From: Elusimicrobiota bacterium
GTDB lineage: Bacteria > Elusimicrobiota > Elusimicrobia > Elusimicrobiales > UBA9959
Direction of reading: 5' to 3'
DNA: 47,524 nt
NCBI GenBank assembly: GCA_027340875.1
Contig: DAIENX010000015.1
Coordinates: 1 to 47,524, forward strand
In this document: one piece after another, positions 1 through 8,990 of the stretch
How positions within the stretch are numbered: position 1 is the first letter of the stretch
Layout: the number at the start of each line of letters is the position of its first letter
Notes under the pieces: model-generated
Told to the model about the DNA's origin: nothing
The model's input: only the letters and a program-made list of their open reading frames with translations
Databases searched by the model: none
Translations under genes and position numbers: made by a program

Positions 1-156
1 GACATGGGCCTGGCGGAGTTCGAGCGGATACGCCTGAACTCGGACAGGATAAAGCGGCATATCATAGCCAACTGCCGCCAGCATAAGCCGTATAAAGAGG
101 TCTGGGCCGTGCTGCGGGACAAGGACCCGCGCGGCCTGATCAAGCTTTACCCGTAG
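1..156 (+). CDS. 3' end of a protein of unknown function (truncated by window start)
   Basis: Open frame DMGLAEFERIRLNSDRIKRHII...LIKLYP* ending TAG at 154-156, with host-like codons and a terminator-like hairpin downstream. Confidence 0.6.
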   Translation, partial: DMGLAEFERIRLNSDRIKRHIIANCRQHKPYKEVWAVLRDKDPRGLIKLYP

Positions 157-159
157 CCG

Positions 160-193
160 AAGCCGCCGGGGAAGCCCGGCGGTTCCGTTTTTT
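160..193. terminator. Intrinsic terminator between convergent genes
   Basis: AGCCGCCGGG-GAAG-CCCGGCGGTT stem followed by a T-run. Confidence 0.6.
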
Positions 194-210
194 GGGATGC
201 GAGCGGCGGT

Positions 211-819
211 TCAGTCCAGCTTTATGCCCAGGCCGTCGAGCAGGGCCATGGCCTCTGGCAGGGAGAACCTGGCGCCTTTCACGGGACAGGTGCCCACGTT
301 GATGGCGTAGTTCCGCGCCCCGGAGAGGTTCGCCTTCTGCAGCTTCGTGCCTCCGAAGAGGGCGCCGGAGAAGTCGGTCCCGGAGAGGTCCGCGCCGGAG
401 AGGTCTGCGTCGCGCAGGTCGGTCTCTTTGGCCAGGCAGTCCTTCATGACAGCGCCGGCGAGGTTCAGGCCGATGAACACGCAGTCGCTCAGGACGCACG
501 AGTAGAAGCGCGGCGGGCCGGAGAGGTTGAGCTTGGGCCAGGCGGCCTCGGTCCAGTTCAGGCCGGTCAGTTTGGAGTTCCTGAAATCCGGGCCCTCGAA
601 GGAGGAGGCGTTCGGCTTCACCAGGCTCAGGTTGCAGCTTTCGAAGCGGCATCCGCGGAAGCGGCAGAAGCGCAGCTCGGCGCCGGTGAGGTCGCAGTTA
701 CGGAACACGCAGGAATGGAAATGCCTGGACTCCAGCCGTATCCCCTTCAGGTCGAGCCCGTCGAAGGTCCGCTCCGCGTATTCTTTCTCGTCGTCGTTGG
801 GGAAGGCGCGCTTCTTCAT
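211..819 (-). CDS. Pentapeptide repeat protein
   Basis: Tandem A(D/N)Lxx/CxFxx pentapeptides (ADLSGADLSGTDFSGALF). Confidence 0.9.
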   Translation of the reverse strand: MKKRAFPNDDEKEYAERTFDGLDLKGIRLESRHFHSCVFRNCDLTGAELRFCRFRGCRFESCNLSLVKPNASSFEGPDFRNSKLTGLNWTEAAWPKLNLSGPPRFYSCVLSDCVFIGLNLAGAVMKDCLAKETDLRDADLSGADLSGTDFSGALFGGTKLQKANLSGARNYAINVGTCPVKGARFSLPEAMALLDGLGIKLD

Positions 820-972
820 GCGTTAATTCTAACATAGGCCGCGCCCGCGCATAAACAGCCGCCGGCACCGCAGTCAAGGTTCTCGTGCGGCCCGTTTGTG
901 TAATTCCGCGGTGTTAATTGTTGTAGAATTCAGGCATAGGGCCGCGCCCGCGGCCAGACTTAAGGGGGGAAT

Positions 973-2289
973 ATGTCGAAACGAATGTTCGTGGCGGCCG
1001 CTTTTGCCGCGTCGGTTCTGATCGCCGCGCGCTGCGCGCGCGCGGAGGCTCCCGGCTGGGCCATGCAGCTGGCGGGGCCGGTGGAAGGCTCCGCCGTGAT
1101 ACACGGCGAAGCCGCTGAGTTCGGCCGCTACAAGTTCGCGGCCGGCCCGGAGGCCAAAGGCGCCATAGCCAAGGTCACGCCCGTGGAAGGCATGACGTCG
1201 TCGCAGCTCTACAAGGCCGAGGGCAAGACGCCTTTCGCCGTCTTTTCGGTGTACAAGAAGTTCTTCGCCGAGAACGGCTACGAGACGGTCTATTCCTGCG
1301 AGGCCAAGGCCTGCGGCCAGGGCTTCAAGGACGCCTGGTACGGGCTGAACCCGTTCGCCGAAGACTACGGCTGGAACAACTCGGCGCCCCTGACCAAAGG
1401 CGCGCCGGAGACCCAGTTCTACATCGCCGCGAAGAAGGCGAACCCGGCCGGGAACGTCTATGTCTCGGTCTACGTGAATTCCGGCTGGTGGAACTACCCG
1501 GTCTACAGGCTGGACGTCGCAAAAGAAGCGCCGCTCGGCGCCGGTATAGTTAAGGCGGAGAAGATAGCCGAGGCGATGAAGCGCGAGGGGCGCATAGCCT
1601 TCTACGGCATACTGTTCGACAGCGGCAGCAGCGCTATCAAGCCGGAGTCCGGCCCGGTGCTGGACCAGATAGCCGCGTTCCTGAAGGCCTCGCCCGGAGA
1701 GAAGTTCTACGTGGTGGGTCACACCGACGACGAGGGGGACCTGCAGGCCAACATGAAGCTGTCCGACGACAGGGCGCAGGCCGTGCTGAAGGACCTGCAG
1801 GGCCGCGGCGTGGCCGCCGCGGCGCTTTCCGCGCACGGCGCCGGCCCGCTTTCCCCGGTGGCGTCCAACGCCACGGAGGAGGGCCGCAAGCTGAACCGCC
1901 GCGTGGAGATAGTGCGGCGCCTGACCGCCGCCGCCAAGGCCGCCGCTTCCTCCTCCGCGGCGCAGGCCGCGCAGCAGCAGATGCAGGCTGCGCAGCAGCA
2001 GATGCAGGCCGCGCAGCAGCAGGTGCAGGCCGCCCAGCAGCAGGTGCAGGCAGCGCAGCAGCAAACGCAGGCCGCCCAGGCCAAGCCGGAACCGCCGAAG
2101 GAAGAGGCCTTGTTCCCGGTGCCCAACCTGGTGGGGAAGAACTATATAGAGGCGGCCGCCATTCTTGCCGTGCAGGGCTTCAAGGTGAAGCGCACCGGCA
2201 AGCTGCTGGGGCGCGTGAGCGCGCAGTCGCCTGCGGAGAACAGGATGGTCAAGAAAGGCGAGACGGTAACGCTGACCGTAGGCAAATAG
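973..2289 (+). CDS. Exported DUF4892-like/OmpA-C-like protein with Gln-rich linker and C-terminal PASTA domain
   Basis: Signal peptide; YSCEAKACG (DUF4892-like); OmpA motifs ILFDSGS, VVGHTD, LSDDRAQAV, GRKLNRRVE; PASTA VPNLVGK...QSPAENRMVKKGETVTLTV; SD AAGGGGGG. Confidence 0.85.
   Translation: MSKRMFVAAAFAASVLIAARCARAEAPGWAMQLAGPVEGSAVIHGEAAEFGRYKFAAGPEAKGAIAKVTPVEGMTSSQLYKAEGKTPFAVFSVYKKFFAENGYETVYSCEAKACGQGFKDAWYGLNPFAEDYGWNNSAPLTKGAPETQFYIAAKKANPAGNVYVSVYVNSGWWNYPVYRLDVAKEAPLGAGIVKAEKIAEAMKREGRIAFYGILFDSGSSAIKPESGPVLDQIAAFLKASPGEKFYVVGHTDDEGDLQANMKLSDDRAQAVLKDLQGRGVAAAALSAHGAGPLSPVASNATEEGRKLNRRVEIVRRLTAAAKAAASSSAAQAAQQQMQAAQQQMQAAQQQVQAAQQQVQAAQQQTQAAQAKPEPPKEEALFPVPNLVGKNYIEAAAILAVQGFKVKRTGKLLGRVSAQSPAENRMVKKGETVTLTVGK
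1960..2079 (+). repeat. 21-bp tandem repeat (~5.7 copies) encoding xQAAQQQ heptads
   Basis: Units RYGCAGGCNGCSCAGCAGCAR starting at 1960, 1981, 2002, 2023, 2044 and 2065 (partial). Confidence 0.9.
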
Positions 2290-2308
2290 CGGTACGCGCC
2301 GTTTCGTT

Positions 2309-2341
2309 AGGCCGCCGGGAGATCCCCGGCGGCCTTTTTTC
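2309..2341 (+). terminator. Intrinsic terminator
   Basis: AGGCCGCCGGG-AGATC-CCCGGCGGCCT followed by a T-run. Confidence 0.85.
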
Positions 2342-2411
2342 TGGCGCCGCGGGGTTCTGGCGTTCCTTCCGGGAGAAGGGACCGGCCCGCCGCGTATGCT
2401 AGAATACGGGT

Positions 2412-3089
2412 ATGGATAACGATAATGTGGCCAACGACGTTTTCAGCCGCACTGCGGCCGACGGCGAGGTGATGAGCGACGGCGCTTATAACCTGGCCAT
2501 GGGGCTGGTGCTGTGCTGGGGCTTCCTGGTGAACTGGTGGATGGTCAGGAACATCCCGGCCTCGGTGATAACGGGCATAGACATAAGGCTTTTTCTGCTT
2601 GGTTATTTCGCCTCCTGCTTCGCCGGCGTCTACCTGTTCAACAGGTCCTCCAACCCGGGCGTGAGCTTCCTCGGTTACAATCTGGTGGTAATACCGTTCG
2701 GTTTCGTGATAAACGTGGTCGTGGCCCGCTACGACAGCGCGCTCGTGCTGGAGGCCATCAGGATCACCGGCACCGTTACGCTGGGCATGATGCTGCTGGG
2801 CTCGCTGTTCCCGGCCTTCTTCAGGCGCATACACACGGCGCTGACCGTCTCGCTGCTGCTGGTGATACTGGTGGAGCTGGCCGACATCTTTATCTTCCAC
2901 AAGCAGCACGGGATAATAGACTGGATAGTCGTGGTCATCTTCTGCGGCTACGTGGGCTACGACTGGGGCCGCGCGAACAATATCCCGAAGACGCTCGATA
3001 ACGCCGTGGACAGCGCCGCCGCGCTGTACATGGACATCATCAACCTGTTCCTGCGCATACTGCGCATACTGGGCCGTCGCCGGCGCTAG
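2412..3089 (+). CDS. Bax inhibitor-1/YccA-family membrane protein
   Basis: About 7 hydrophobic segments; C-terminal AAALYMDIINLFLRILRILG signature. Confidence 0.85.
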   Translation: MDNDNVANDVFSRTAADGEVMSDGAYNLAMGLVLCWGFLVNWWMVRNIPASVITGIDIRLFLLGYFASCFAGVYLFNRSSNPGVSFLGYNLVVIPFGFVINVVVARYDSALVLEAIRITGTVTLGMMLLGSLFPAFFRRIHTALTVSLLLVILVELADIFIFHKQHGIIDWIVVVIFCGYVGYDWGRANNIPKTLDNAVDSAAALYMDIINLFLRILRILGRRRR

Positions 3090-3122
3090 CCTGCGGACCG
3101 AGTCCAATTCAAACGTGTATTG

Positions 3123-3357
3123 GCGCGGGTGGCGGCGGATTTTCATGGGAAGAGTAAGAATTGCGGGAGGATAGCGGTCACGGATAAACCGCATAGCGGT
3201 TTTCCGCGACCCCGGCGGGGACCTGTCGCTTCGCTCCATCCGGCAATTCCGCTGCGTAAGGAATTGCCTCCGCCCTTGCGGCCAGGACGCGAGGCATAAT
3301 TATGTCTCGCTCTAAAGCCTGGCCTCACCTTCCGAGCCAAAGCCGCGTCACCCGCGC
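3123..3357. repeat. Structured intergenic element A (candidate ncRNA or MITE-like repeat)
   Basis: Terminal stem GCGCGGGTG/CACCCGCGC enclosing three hairpins (3176-3211, 3242-3268, 3280-3324); ends similar to 9668-9804. Confidence 0.55.
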
Positions 3358-3418
3358 ACCTAAGTGCCGGAACCGCCGGGGCCCCGAAGCGGCAAAAATG
3401 GTATAGAATATCAATGCT

Positions 3419-4102
3419 ATGACCGACACCGATAATAAAGAGAAGCCCGACATGCTCAAGAGGATGTCCAGCGTGGTGAGCCACGAGCTCCGCAACCCGC
3501 TGGCCATCATCTCCAACTCGCTCTATTTCATCAAGACGAAGCTGGGCGCCGGCGGCGCCGAGCTGGACCCTAAGATCTCCAAGCACATAGGGATAATCGA
3601 GGGCGAGGTGAAGCACTCTAACGACGTGATAGAGGAGATGCTGTCCTTCACGCGCGCCAGGGAGCTGCAGCTGGTCCCCGTGCGCATGAACGCCGGCATC
3701 GACGACCTGGCGGGCTCCTTCCCGCTGCCGCAGGGCGTTCAGCTGAAGCGGGAGCCGGACCCGGCCGACCCGCGCGTGAACGTGGATATCGAGACGATGC
3801 GCTACGCGATACGCTGCTTGCTGGCGAACGCGGTGCAGGCCATGCCCGAAGGCGGCACGGTGACCATAGCCGTCTCCTGCGACGACAAATTCGCGCATAT
3901 GACCTTCTCCGACACCGGTCCCGGCTTCGCCGACGGCGGCTGCGAGAAGGCCTTCGAGCCTTTCTTCACCACGCGCCCGCGCGGCATAGGGCTGGGTCTG
4001 ACCATAGTGCGCAAGTTCCTGGAGCTGCACGGCGGCTCCGCCAGGGCGGAGAACGCCGGCGACGGCGCCAGGGTCACGATCTCGCTGCCGCGGCTGAAAT
4101 AG
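3419..4102 (+). CDS. Sensor-less histidine kinase (HisKA + HATPase_c)
   Basis: H-box SHELRNPL; N-box LLANAVQAM; G-boxes DTGPG, FEPFFTT, GIGLGL. Confidence 0.9.
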   Translation: MTDTDNKEKPDMLKRMSSVVSHELRNPLAIISNSLYFIKTKLGAGGAELDPKISKHIGIIEGEVKHSNDVIEEMLSFTRARELQLVPVRMNAGIDDLAGSFPLPQGVQLKREPDPADPRVNVDIETMRYAIRCLLANAVQAMPEGGTVTIAVSCDDKFAHMTFSDTGPGFADGGCEKAFEPFFTTRPRGIGLGLTIVRKFLELHGGSARAENAGDGARVTISLPRLK

Positions 4103-4117
4103 CCCGGCGCCTTTCCG

Positions 4118-4813
4118 ATGAAGGACATCCAGGTCATTGGCTTCGACGCCGACGACACCCTCTGGGTCAACGAGCCGCATTACCAGGCTGTGGGCCGGGA
4201 ATTCTGCGAGCTGATGACCCCGTGGCTGCCTCCCGACAGGTCCGCCGAGGAGCTGTACGGCACGGAAATGGCCAATATGAAGCTCTACGGCTACGGCGCG
4301 AAGAGCGTGATGCTCTCGCTGGTGGAGACCGCGCTGCGCATAGGCGGCGACAAAGTGCCCGCCGCCGTTCTGCGGCGGCTGCTGGAGTCGGGCCGCCGCC
4401 TGCTGGATTTCCCGATAGAGCTGCTGCCCGGAGTGACGGAAGTGCTGCGGGCGCTGAAGGGCCGCTACCGGCTGGTGCTCATAACCAAGGGCGACCTGCT
4501 GGACCAGGAGCGCAAGCTGGAGCGTTCCGGCCTGAAGGAATGCTTCCACCGCGTCCAGATACTCAGCGACAAGCGCGAGGAGGATTACCGCGACCTGCTG
4601 GCCGCTCTCGCGGTGGAGCCGCGGAACTTCCTTATGGTGGGCAACTCTATGAAGTCAGATATTCTGCCGGTGCTGGCGCTGGGCGGCAGCGGCGTCTACA
4701 TCCCTTTCAGCGTCACGTGGAGGCATGAGCACGTGAAGGACGCCTCCCCGGACCCCGAACGTTTCCGCCAGCTTTCCGACATCTCCGGCCTGCCCGGCCT
4801 GCTGGGGCGCTAG
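4118..4813 (+). CDS. HAD-superfamily hydrolase
   Basis: FDADDTLW motif I; ITKGD; MVGNSMKSDI motif IV. Confidence 0.9.
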   Translation: MKDIQVIGFDADDTLWVNEPHYQAVGREFCELMTPWLPPDRSAEELYGTEMANMKLYGYGAKSVMLSLVETALRIGGDKVPAAVLRRLLESGRRLLDFPIELLPGVTEVLRALKGRYRLVLITKGDLLDQERKLERSGLKECFHRVQILSDKREEDYRDLLAALAVEPRNFLMVGNSMKSDILPVLALGGSGVYIPFSVTWRHEHVKDASPDPERFRQLSDISGLPGLLGR

Positions 4814-4816
4814 CGT

Positions 4817-4882
4817 AGGCCCAAAGACCGGCGCCGGCTGGTACCAAAGCCTCATTACAGCGGGACGGCGGCGGCGTATACT
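4817..4882 (+). promoter_or_regulatory. Paired 14-bp palindromic sites plus -10 box
   Basis: AGGCCCAAAGACCG (4817), GGTACCAAAGCCTC (4840), TATACT (4877). Confidence 0.6.
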
Positions 4883-4889
4883 ATCTTCG

Positions 4890-5714
4890 ATGAAGAACCG
4901 CCGCCTGTTCCATACCCTGACAGCTCTCCTTTCCGTGGCTCCGCTTTTCAGCGCGGCCGCCTACGCCGGCTCCGCTCTAGAGGAACTGCCCGGCTATTCC
5001 GCCGAGGACCTGCGCGGGGCTCTGGCCCCGGCTCCGCTGCTGCAGGAGACCTACCCCGACTACGTTCAGGACCGCAAGCCGGCCTCGTTGGTCTCCGGCT
5101 CCGGGGACGTACGCGTGATAGGCGGCGTGCGGTTCGAGCTGCAGGACAGGGATTCCCAGCTTTATGCCTGGCGCGAGGCCAGGATAGATATGAGCCAGCT
5201 GGACGAGGCCTATTGGGGTTACCGCTCCGGCGGCGTGGGGCACAGCTACCTGATGTTCACTTTCAAGGACGGCGCCGAGTCTGCCGGCAGGCCTATGTCC
5301 GGGCTGGTCATAGAGGCCCTGCCGTGGGAGAAGAAGGGCGAGCCGTACCTGCCTTTCACCGCCGGCATCCGGGACCATTACCCGCTGGTATGGAACGTTG
5401 TTTCCTGGGACAGCTTTCTGGAGACCTCCCGGCTTAACAAGTACACCGTGGACGTTTACCCCCTGAAGCTCAGCCGCGAGGAGAAGCTGCGCCTGCTGGA
5501 CGAAGGCATAAAGGAAGCGACTCGCGACCATTCGGGAGAGAAATACCACACTTTCCTTAACTCCTGCAGCACCAACGCGCTCAAGGTCTTCACCTCCGGC
5601 ACCGGCCATCATCTGTACGTGGCCAAGATGCTACCTTCAATACTGGTGAAGCATCTGAAACTGCGCGGTTTCCTGGGCCAGCGGCTGACCTACGCCCCTT
5701 CGGGTAAGGAGTAG
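4890..5714 (+). CDS. Exported DUF4105/Lnb-N-like protein (putative Cys/His catalytic domain)
   Basis: Signal peptide; GHSYLMFTF, VYPLKLSREEK and YHTFLNSCSTN motifs. Confidence 0.7.
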   Translation: MKNRRLFHTLTALLSVAPLFSAAAYAGSALEELPGYSAEDLRGALAPAPLLQETYPDYVQDRKPASLVSGSGDVRVIGGVRFELQDRDSQLYAWREARIDMSQLDEAYWGYRSGGVGHSYLMFTFKDGAESAGRPMSGLVIEALPWEKKGEPYLPFTAGIRDHYPLVWNVVSWDSFLETSRLNKYTVDVYPLKLSREEKLRLLDEGIKEATRDHSGEKYHTFLNSCSTNALKVFTSGTGHHLYVAKMLPSILVKHLKLRGFLGQRLTYAPSGKE

Positions 5715-5730
5715 GCCGTCCTGCAAAGAG

Positions 5731-5758
5731 AAAGGCCGCCTTCCGGCGGCCTTTATTA
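5731..5758 (+). terminator. Intrinsic terminator
   Basis: AAAGGCCGCC-TTCC-GGCGGCCTTT. Confidence 0.75.
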
Positions 5759-5843
5759 TCGCCGATCATCCGCTGGGTCCGTTCTTCTGGCCGTCCTCTC
5801 CATACGGGCGTAGGCGCCGCGGTATTTGTTATCATTACGGAAT

Positions 5844-6221
5844 ATGGGCGGGAATACCGGTTCCACCGTTCTGGTGGTGGACGACGACAAGAACGTCTGC
5901 GACATGATCAGCGCCACTCTGGGCGCCAAAGGCTACGATACGGTGGTTGCCGGCAACGGTCGCGAGGCGCTGGACTACCTCAAGCGCTCTTCAAAGGTCC
6001 CCGGGCTGATACTGCTGGACCTGATGATGCCGGAGATGAACGGCTGGGAGTTCCGCAAGGTCCAGCAGCAGGACCCCGCCCTGGCCGGGATCCCCGTGGC
6101 CATCATTACCGGTATGCCCGACGTAGGCGGCAAGGCCTCGGCCGTGGGCGCCGTCGACGTGCTCATCAAGCCCTCCCGGGTGGAGGACATCGCCGCGCTG
6201 GCCTCCCGCTTCTGCAAATGA
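5844..6221 (+). CDS. Single-domain response regulator (CheY-like receiver)
   Basis: VLVVDDD, LLDLMMPEMNG, IITG and IKP; ATG at 5844 preferred over TTG at 5826. Confidence 0.9.
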   Translation: MGGNTGSTVLVVDDDKNVCDMISATLGAKGYDTVVAGNGREALDYLKRSSKVPGLILLDLMMPEMNGWEFRKVQQQDPALAGIPVAIITGMPDVGGKASAVGAVDVLIKPSRVEDIAALASRFCK

Positions 6222-6937
6222 GATCCGCGGTTCTCCTCATAGCCGTGCTGGCAGCATTACCGGCGCGGGCCGCCGACTGGACCGTCAGCATGAAGGCCGT
6301 CAACGGCAGGCAGACCTATTCCGTTTCCCGGAAAAGCCCGCTGGGCAGGCAGGCCGCGTATAACGGCAAGGCCGCAGCGCGCGGCCTCGGGGCCTCCAGC
6401 GACGTTATCTTCAATACCTATCTGGACTCTCCCCGCGAAGGCGTCTTCCGCCTGGACTACCAGGCGGAGGTGAGCGGCAAGAACCGGGCGAGACCTCCTT
6501 TCCAGGCCGCGGGCAAGGTGCTGCTCAAGCCCGGCAAGCCCGTGCTGGCGGCCGAGGCCGGCGGCTGGAAGCTGATACTGGAGCTGGAGGGGGAATATGA
6601 CGGGGAGCAGCCCGGGCTCCGCTCCGGGGTGCTGGATACCAGGCTGAAATGCGGGCGGGATTCCTACCCTGTAAGCTTCGCCTATCTGCCGAACGAGCAG
6701 TACAGCGCCGTCCTCTTCAGCGGTTCAGACGAAGAGCCGCGCAAGTTCATGATCGGCCTGCTGCCGGACGCTCCCGGAGCCGACGGCGAGTTCAAGCTGC
6801 AGTACACCCTGCTGCTCACGGAAGGCGGTAAGACGCTGTCCAATTCCAGCGGCAGCATGGTGCTGGAGCCGGGGGGCTCGAGGCCGACGGCCTCCGCCGG
6901 CAAAGGCTGCGTGTTCTCCGCGAAAGCCTCCCGCTGA
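6218..6937 (+). CDS. Exported hypothetical beta-rich protein with two internally similar halves
   Basis: Signal peptide ending ARA; FRLDYQAEV...GKVLLKPG echoed by FKLQYTLLL...GSMVLEPG; ATGA overlap with the upstream gene. Confidence 0.7.
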   Translation: MRSAVLLIAVLAALPARAADWTVSMKAVNGRQTYSVSRKSPLGRQAAYNGKAAARGLGASSDVIFNTYLDSPREGVFRLDYQAEVSGKNRARPPFQAAGKVLLKPGKPVLAAEAGGWKLILELEGEYDGEQPGLRSGVLDTRLKCGRDSYPVSFAYLPNEQYSAVLFSGSDEEPRKFMIGLLPDAPGADGEFKLQYTLLLTEGGKTLSNSSGSMVLEPGGSRPTASAGKGCVFSAKASR

Positions 6938-6970
6938 CGTTGCCGGAAGGCGCGGAACAAGGAGAGAAGT

Positions 6971-8002
6971 ATGGGAAGGTTATTCTTTTCGGTCATGCTG
7001 ATGGCTGCGCCGCTGAGCGCCGGAGCTGTTTCCCGCGACGTGACTTGGAGTATCGGGGCTACTACCGCCGCCGCCACGATAACCATGCCGGACGGCAAGG
7101 GGCCTTTCCCGGGCGTCGTCATGGTGCCCGGCAGCGGACCCACCGACCGCGACTGGTGCTCGACGCTGATACCGGGCAGGAACTGCAGCGGCGCCCTGCT
7201 CGCGGACGAGCTGGCCGGCGCTGGTTTCGCCGTCATCCGCTACGACAAGAGGTTCACCGGCCCATACGCCGCCGGCAATCTGCCGCTGCTGACCGGCAAG
7301 CTGAGCATGCTCAGCCATATGGAGGAGCTGGAGGGTGCCGCGGCCAGGCTGAAGGAGCAAACCGGCGTGGATCCTTCCCGCGTCTACGCCCTCACTAACA
7401 GCGAAGGCGCAATACACGCCATGAACTGCCAGCTCGCGGGGAAGCCGGCTTTCGCCGGGCTGGTGCTTACCGGGGCTCCCGGCCGCCGCCTGCGGGACGT
7501 GATCCGCTCTCAGATAGCCGCCCAGGTCGCCCAGCTTCCGGACGCCGGCGGCATCATGGCCCGCTTCGACAAGCTGATGGCGAAGTTCCAGGCAGGCCTG
7601 CCCTTCGCCCCGGACCCGGACCTTCCGGCAGGCATCAATAAGCTGGTGGCCGGCTTCTATACGCCGGCCAACCTGCCGTTCTCGCGGGAGTTCCTGGCCG
7701 CGGACCCGGCGGCCCTGGCTTCCAAGGTCCGCGTTCCCGTGCTAGTGCTCATCGGGAAGAAGGATATACAGACAGACCAGGAACTGGACGGCGGCCCGCT
7801 CGATGCCGCGCTTTCAAAGAATAAAGGCGCGAGCTTCGTTTACCCCGGGAACGCGAACCATGTACTGAAGTACGAGCCTAAGCCGAGGGAACAGCTGACG
7901 GCGCAGGACGCACTTTCGTACAACGCAGAAGGCAGGAAGCTGGACCCGGAGACCGTTAAGGTCATAACGGACTGGCTGAAGGCCAGGGCAACGGGTAAAT
8001 AA
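6971..8002 (+). CDS. Exported alpha/beta hydrolase
   Basis: PGSGPTDRD, RYDKR, nucleophile elbow TNSEG, GKKD, NANHVLK; SD GGAG. Confidence 0.85.
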   Translation: MGRLFFSVMLMAAPLSAGAVSRDVTWSIGATTAAATITMPDGKGPFPGVVMVPGSGPTDRDWCSTLIPGRNCSGALLADELAGAGFAVIRYDKRFTGPYAAGNLPLLTGKLSMLSHMEELEGAAARLKEQTGVDPSRVYALTNSEGAIHAMNCQLAGKPAFAGLVLTGAPGRRLRDVIRSQIAAQVAQLPDAGGIMARFDKLMAKFQAGLPFAPDPDLPAGINKLVAGFYTPANLPFSREFLAADPAALASKVRVPVLVLIGKKDIQTDQELDGGPLDAALSKNKGASFVYPGNANHVLKYEPKPREQLTAQDALSYNAEGRKLDPETVKVITDWLKARATGK

Positions 8003-8005
8003 CCC

Positions 8006-8035
8006 GAAGAAGGCCGCCAACTGGCGGCCTTCTTC
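8006..8035. terminator. Bidirectional terminator
   Basis: GAAGAAGGCCGCCA-AC-TGGCGGCCTTCTTC between convergent genes. Confidence 0.8.
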
Positions 8036-8990
8036 ATTTTCCGAAGTAGGCCCGGTAGCGGGCCGGCAGGGTGTCGGGATCGGTGACCACCAAAGGGTCC
8101 TTGGTGCCGTCGAAAAGGATGAAGCCGTAGCGGCAGTCCGCGCGGGCTATCGTCACCGCGCTGCCGTCGTCCTTAACGAAGCGCAGGTCCGCCGCGGCGG
8201 TCTCTGCTACCCTGGCGCCGGCGCTCTTCAGGAAATCCACCGCCTTTTCCATCCCGGCGTCGGCTTCGTCCGGCGAGGCCGGCCCGCGCACCTGCACGCA
8301 GACAGGCCCGCGGTACTCGCGCGGCGCGGCGGGAGCGGCGGCCGGGTAGGCCCTGGCCTTGTAGGAATTCCCGGCGGCTGCGGAGGAGTACCCCGCGCCG
8401 GCCGATTTGTCCAGGTGTACACTTTCATTAAGTTCCGCTGTGGATATGGCTTCCTTTTCCGCGGCCGTCATGGCGGCGGCGTACTTTGGCCGGGACATGG
8501 CCCCGCGCACGGAGGCGGCGGCTGTTTCCCTTTTGGCTTTCGCCGGGGTCATGCCCGCCAGCGTTCCGCCCTGGCCGCCGCCGGAATCTTCGGCAGCGCT
8601 TTCCTCTGGCGCCGCGCCCGCTATTTTAAGGTCGTAGAGACCGTCGCTCTCGCGCGAGCCGAAGCCGGACGACGTCAGCATGGCGTTGTCGCGCACGCCG
8701 GTGATATTGACAATTATGGCCACCACGGCCGCGGCGGCCGACAGCGCCAGTGCCGGCTTCAGCCAGCCGAAAGAACGGCTCTCCTTCTCCAGCACCGCCC
8801 GCTTCAGCGCCGGCGGCACCGGCTCCATGGCATGCGCCTTCACAAGCCCCGAAACGGCCTTCAGTTGGCCGAGCTCGGCGCGGCAATCCGCGCAGCCGGC
8901 CAGGTGCGTCTCCAGCTCCAGCCTCTCCTTCGGCGTCAGCTCGCCGTCCAGGTAGGCGGAAAGGTTCTCCCTGCAAAGATTATGTTCCAT
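8034..8990 (-). CDS. zf-HC2 transmembrane anti-sigma factor
   Basis: CRENLSAYLDGEL...HLAGCADC (HxxxCxxC); one TM segment; Ala-rich extracytoplasmic region; overlaps the ECF gene. Confidence 0.85.
   Translation of the reverse strand: MEHNLCRENLSAYLDGELTPKERLELETHLAGCADCRAELGQLKAVSGLVKAHAMEPVPPALKRAVLEKESRSFGWLKPALALSAAAAVVAIIVNITGVRDNAMLTSSGFGSRESDGLYDLKIAGAAPEESAAEDSGGGQGGTLAGMTPAKAKRETAAASVRGAMSRPKYAAAMTAAEKEAISTAELNESVHLDKSAGAGYSSAAAGNSYKARAYPAAAPAAPREYRGPVCVQVRGPASPDEADAGMEKAVDFLKSAGARVAETAAADLRFVKDDGSAVTIARADCRYGFILFDGTKDPLVVTDPDTLPARYRAYFGK

Noticed and set aside
833..954. Short direct repeat CATAG(G)GCCGCGCCCGCG in the 820-972 intergenic region
   Set aside because: GC-rich and low complexity, two copies only, with no supporting context
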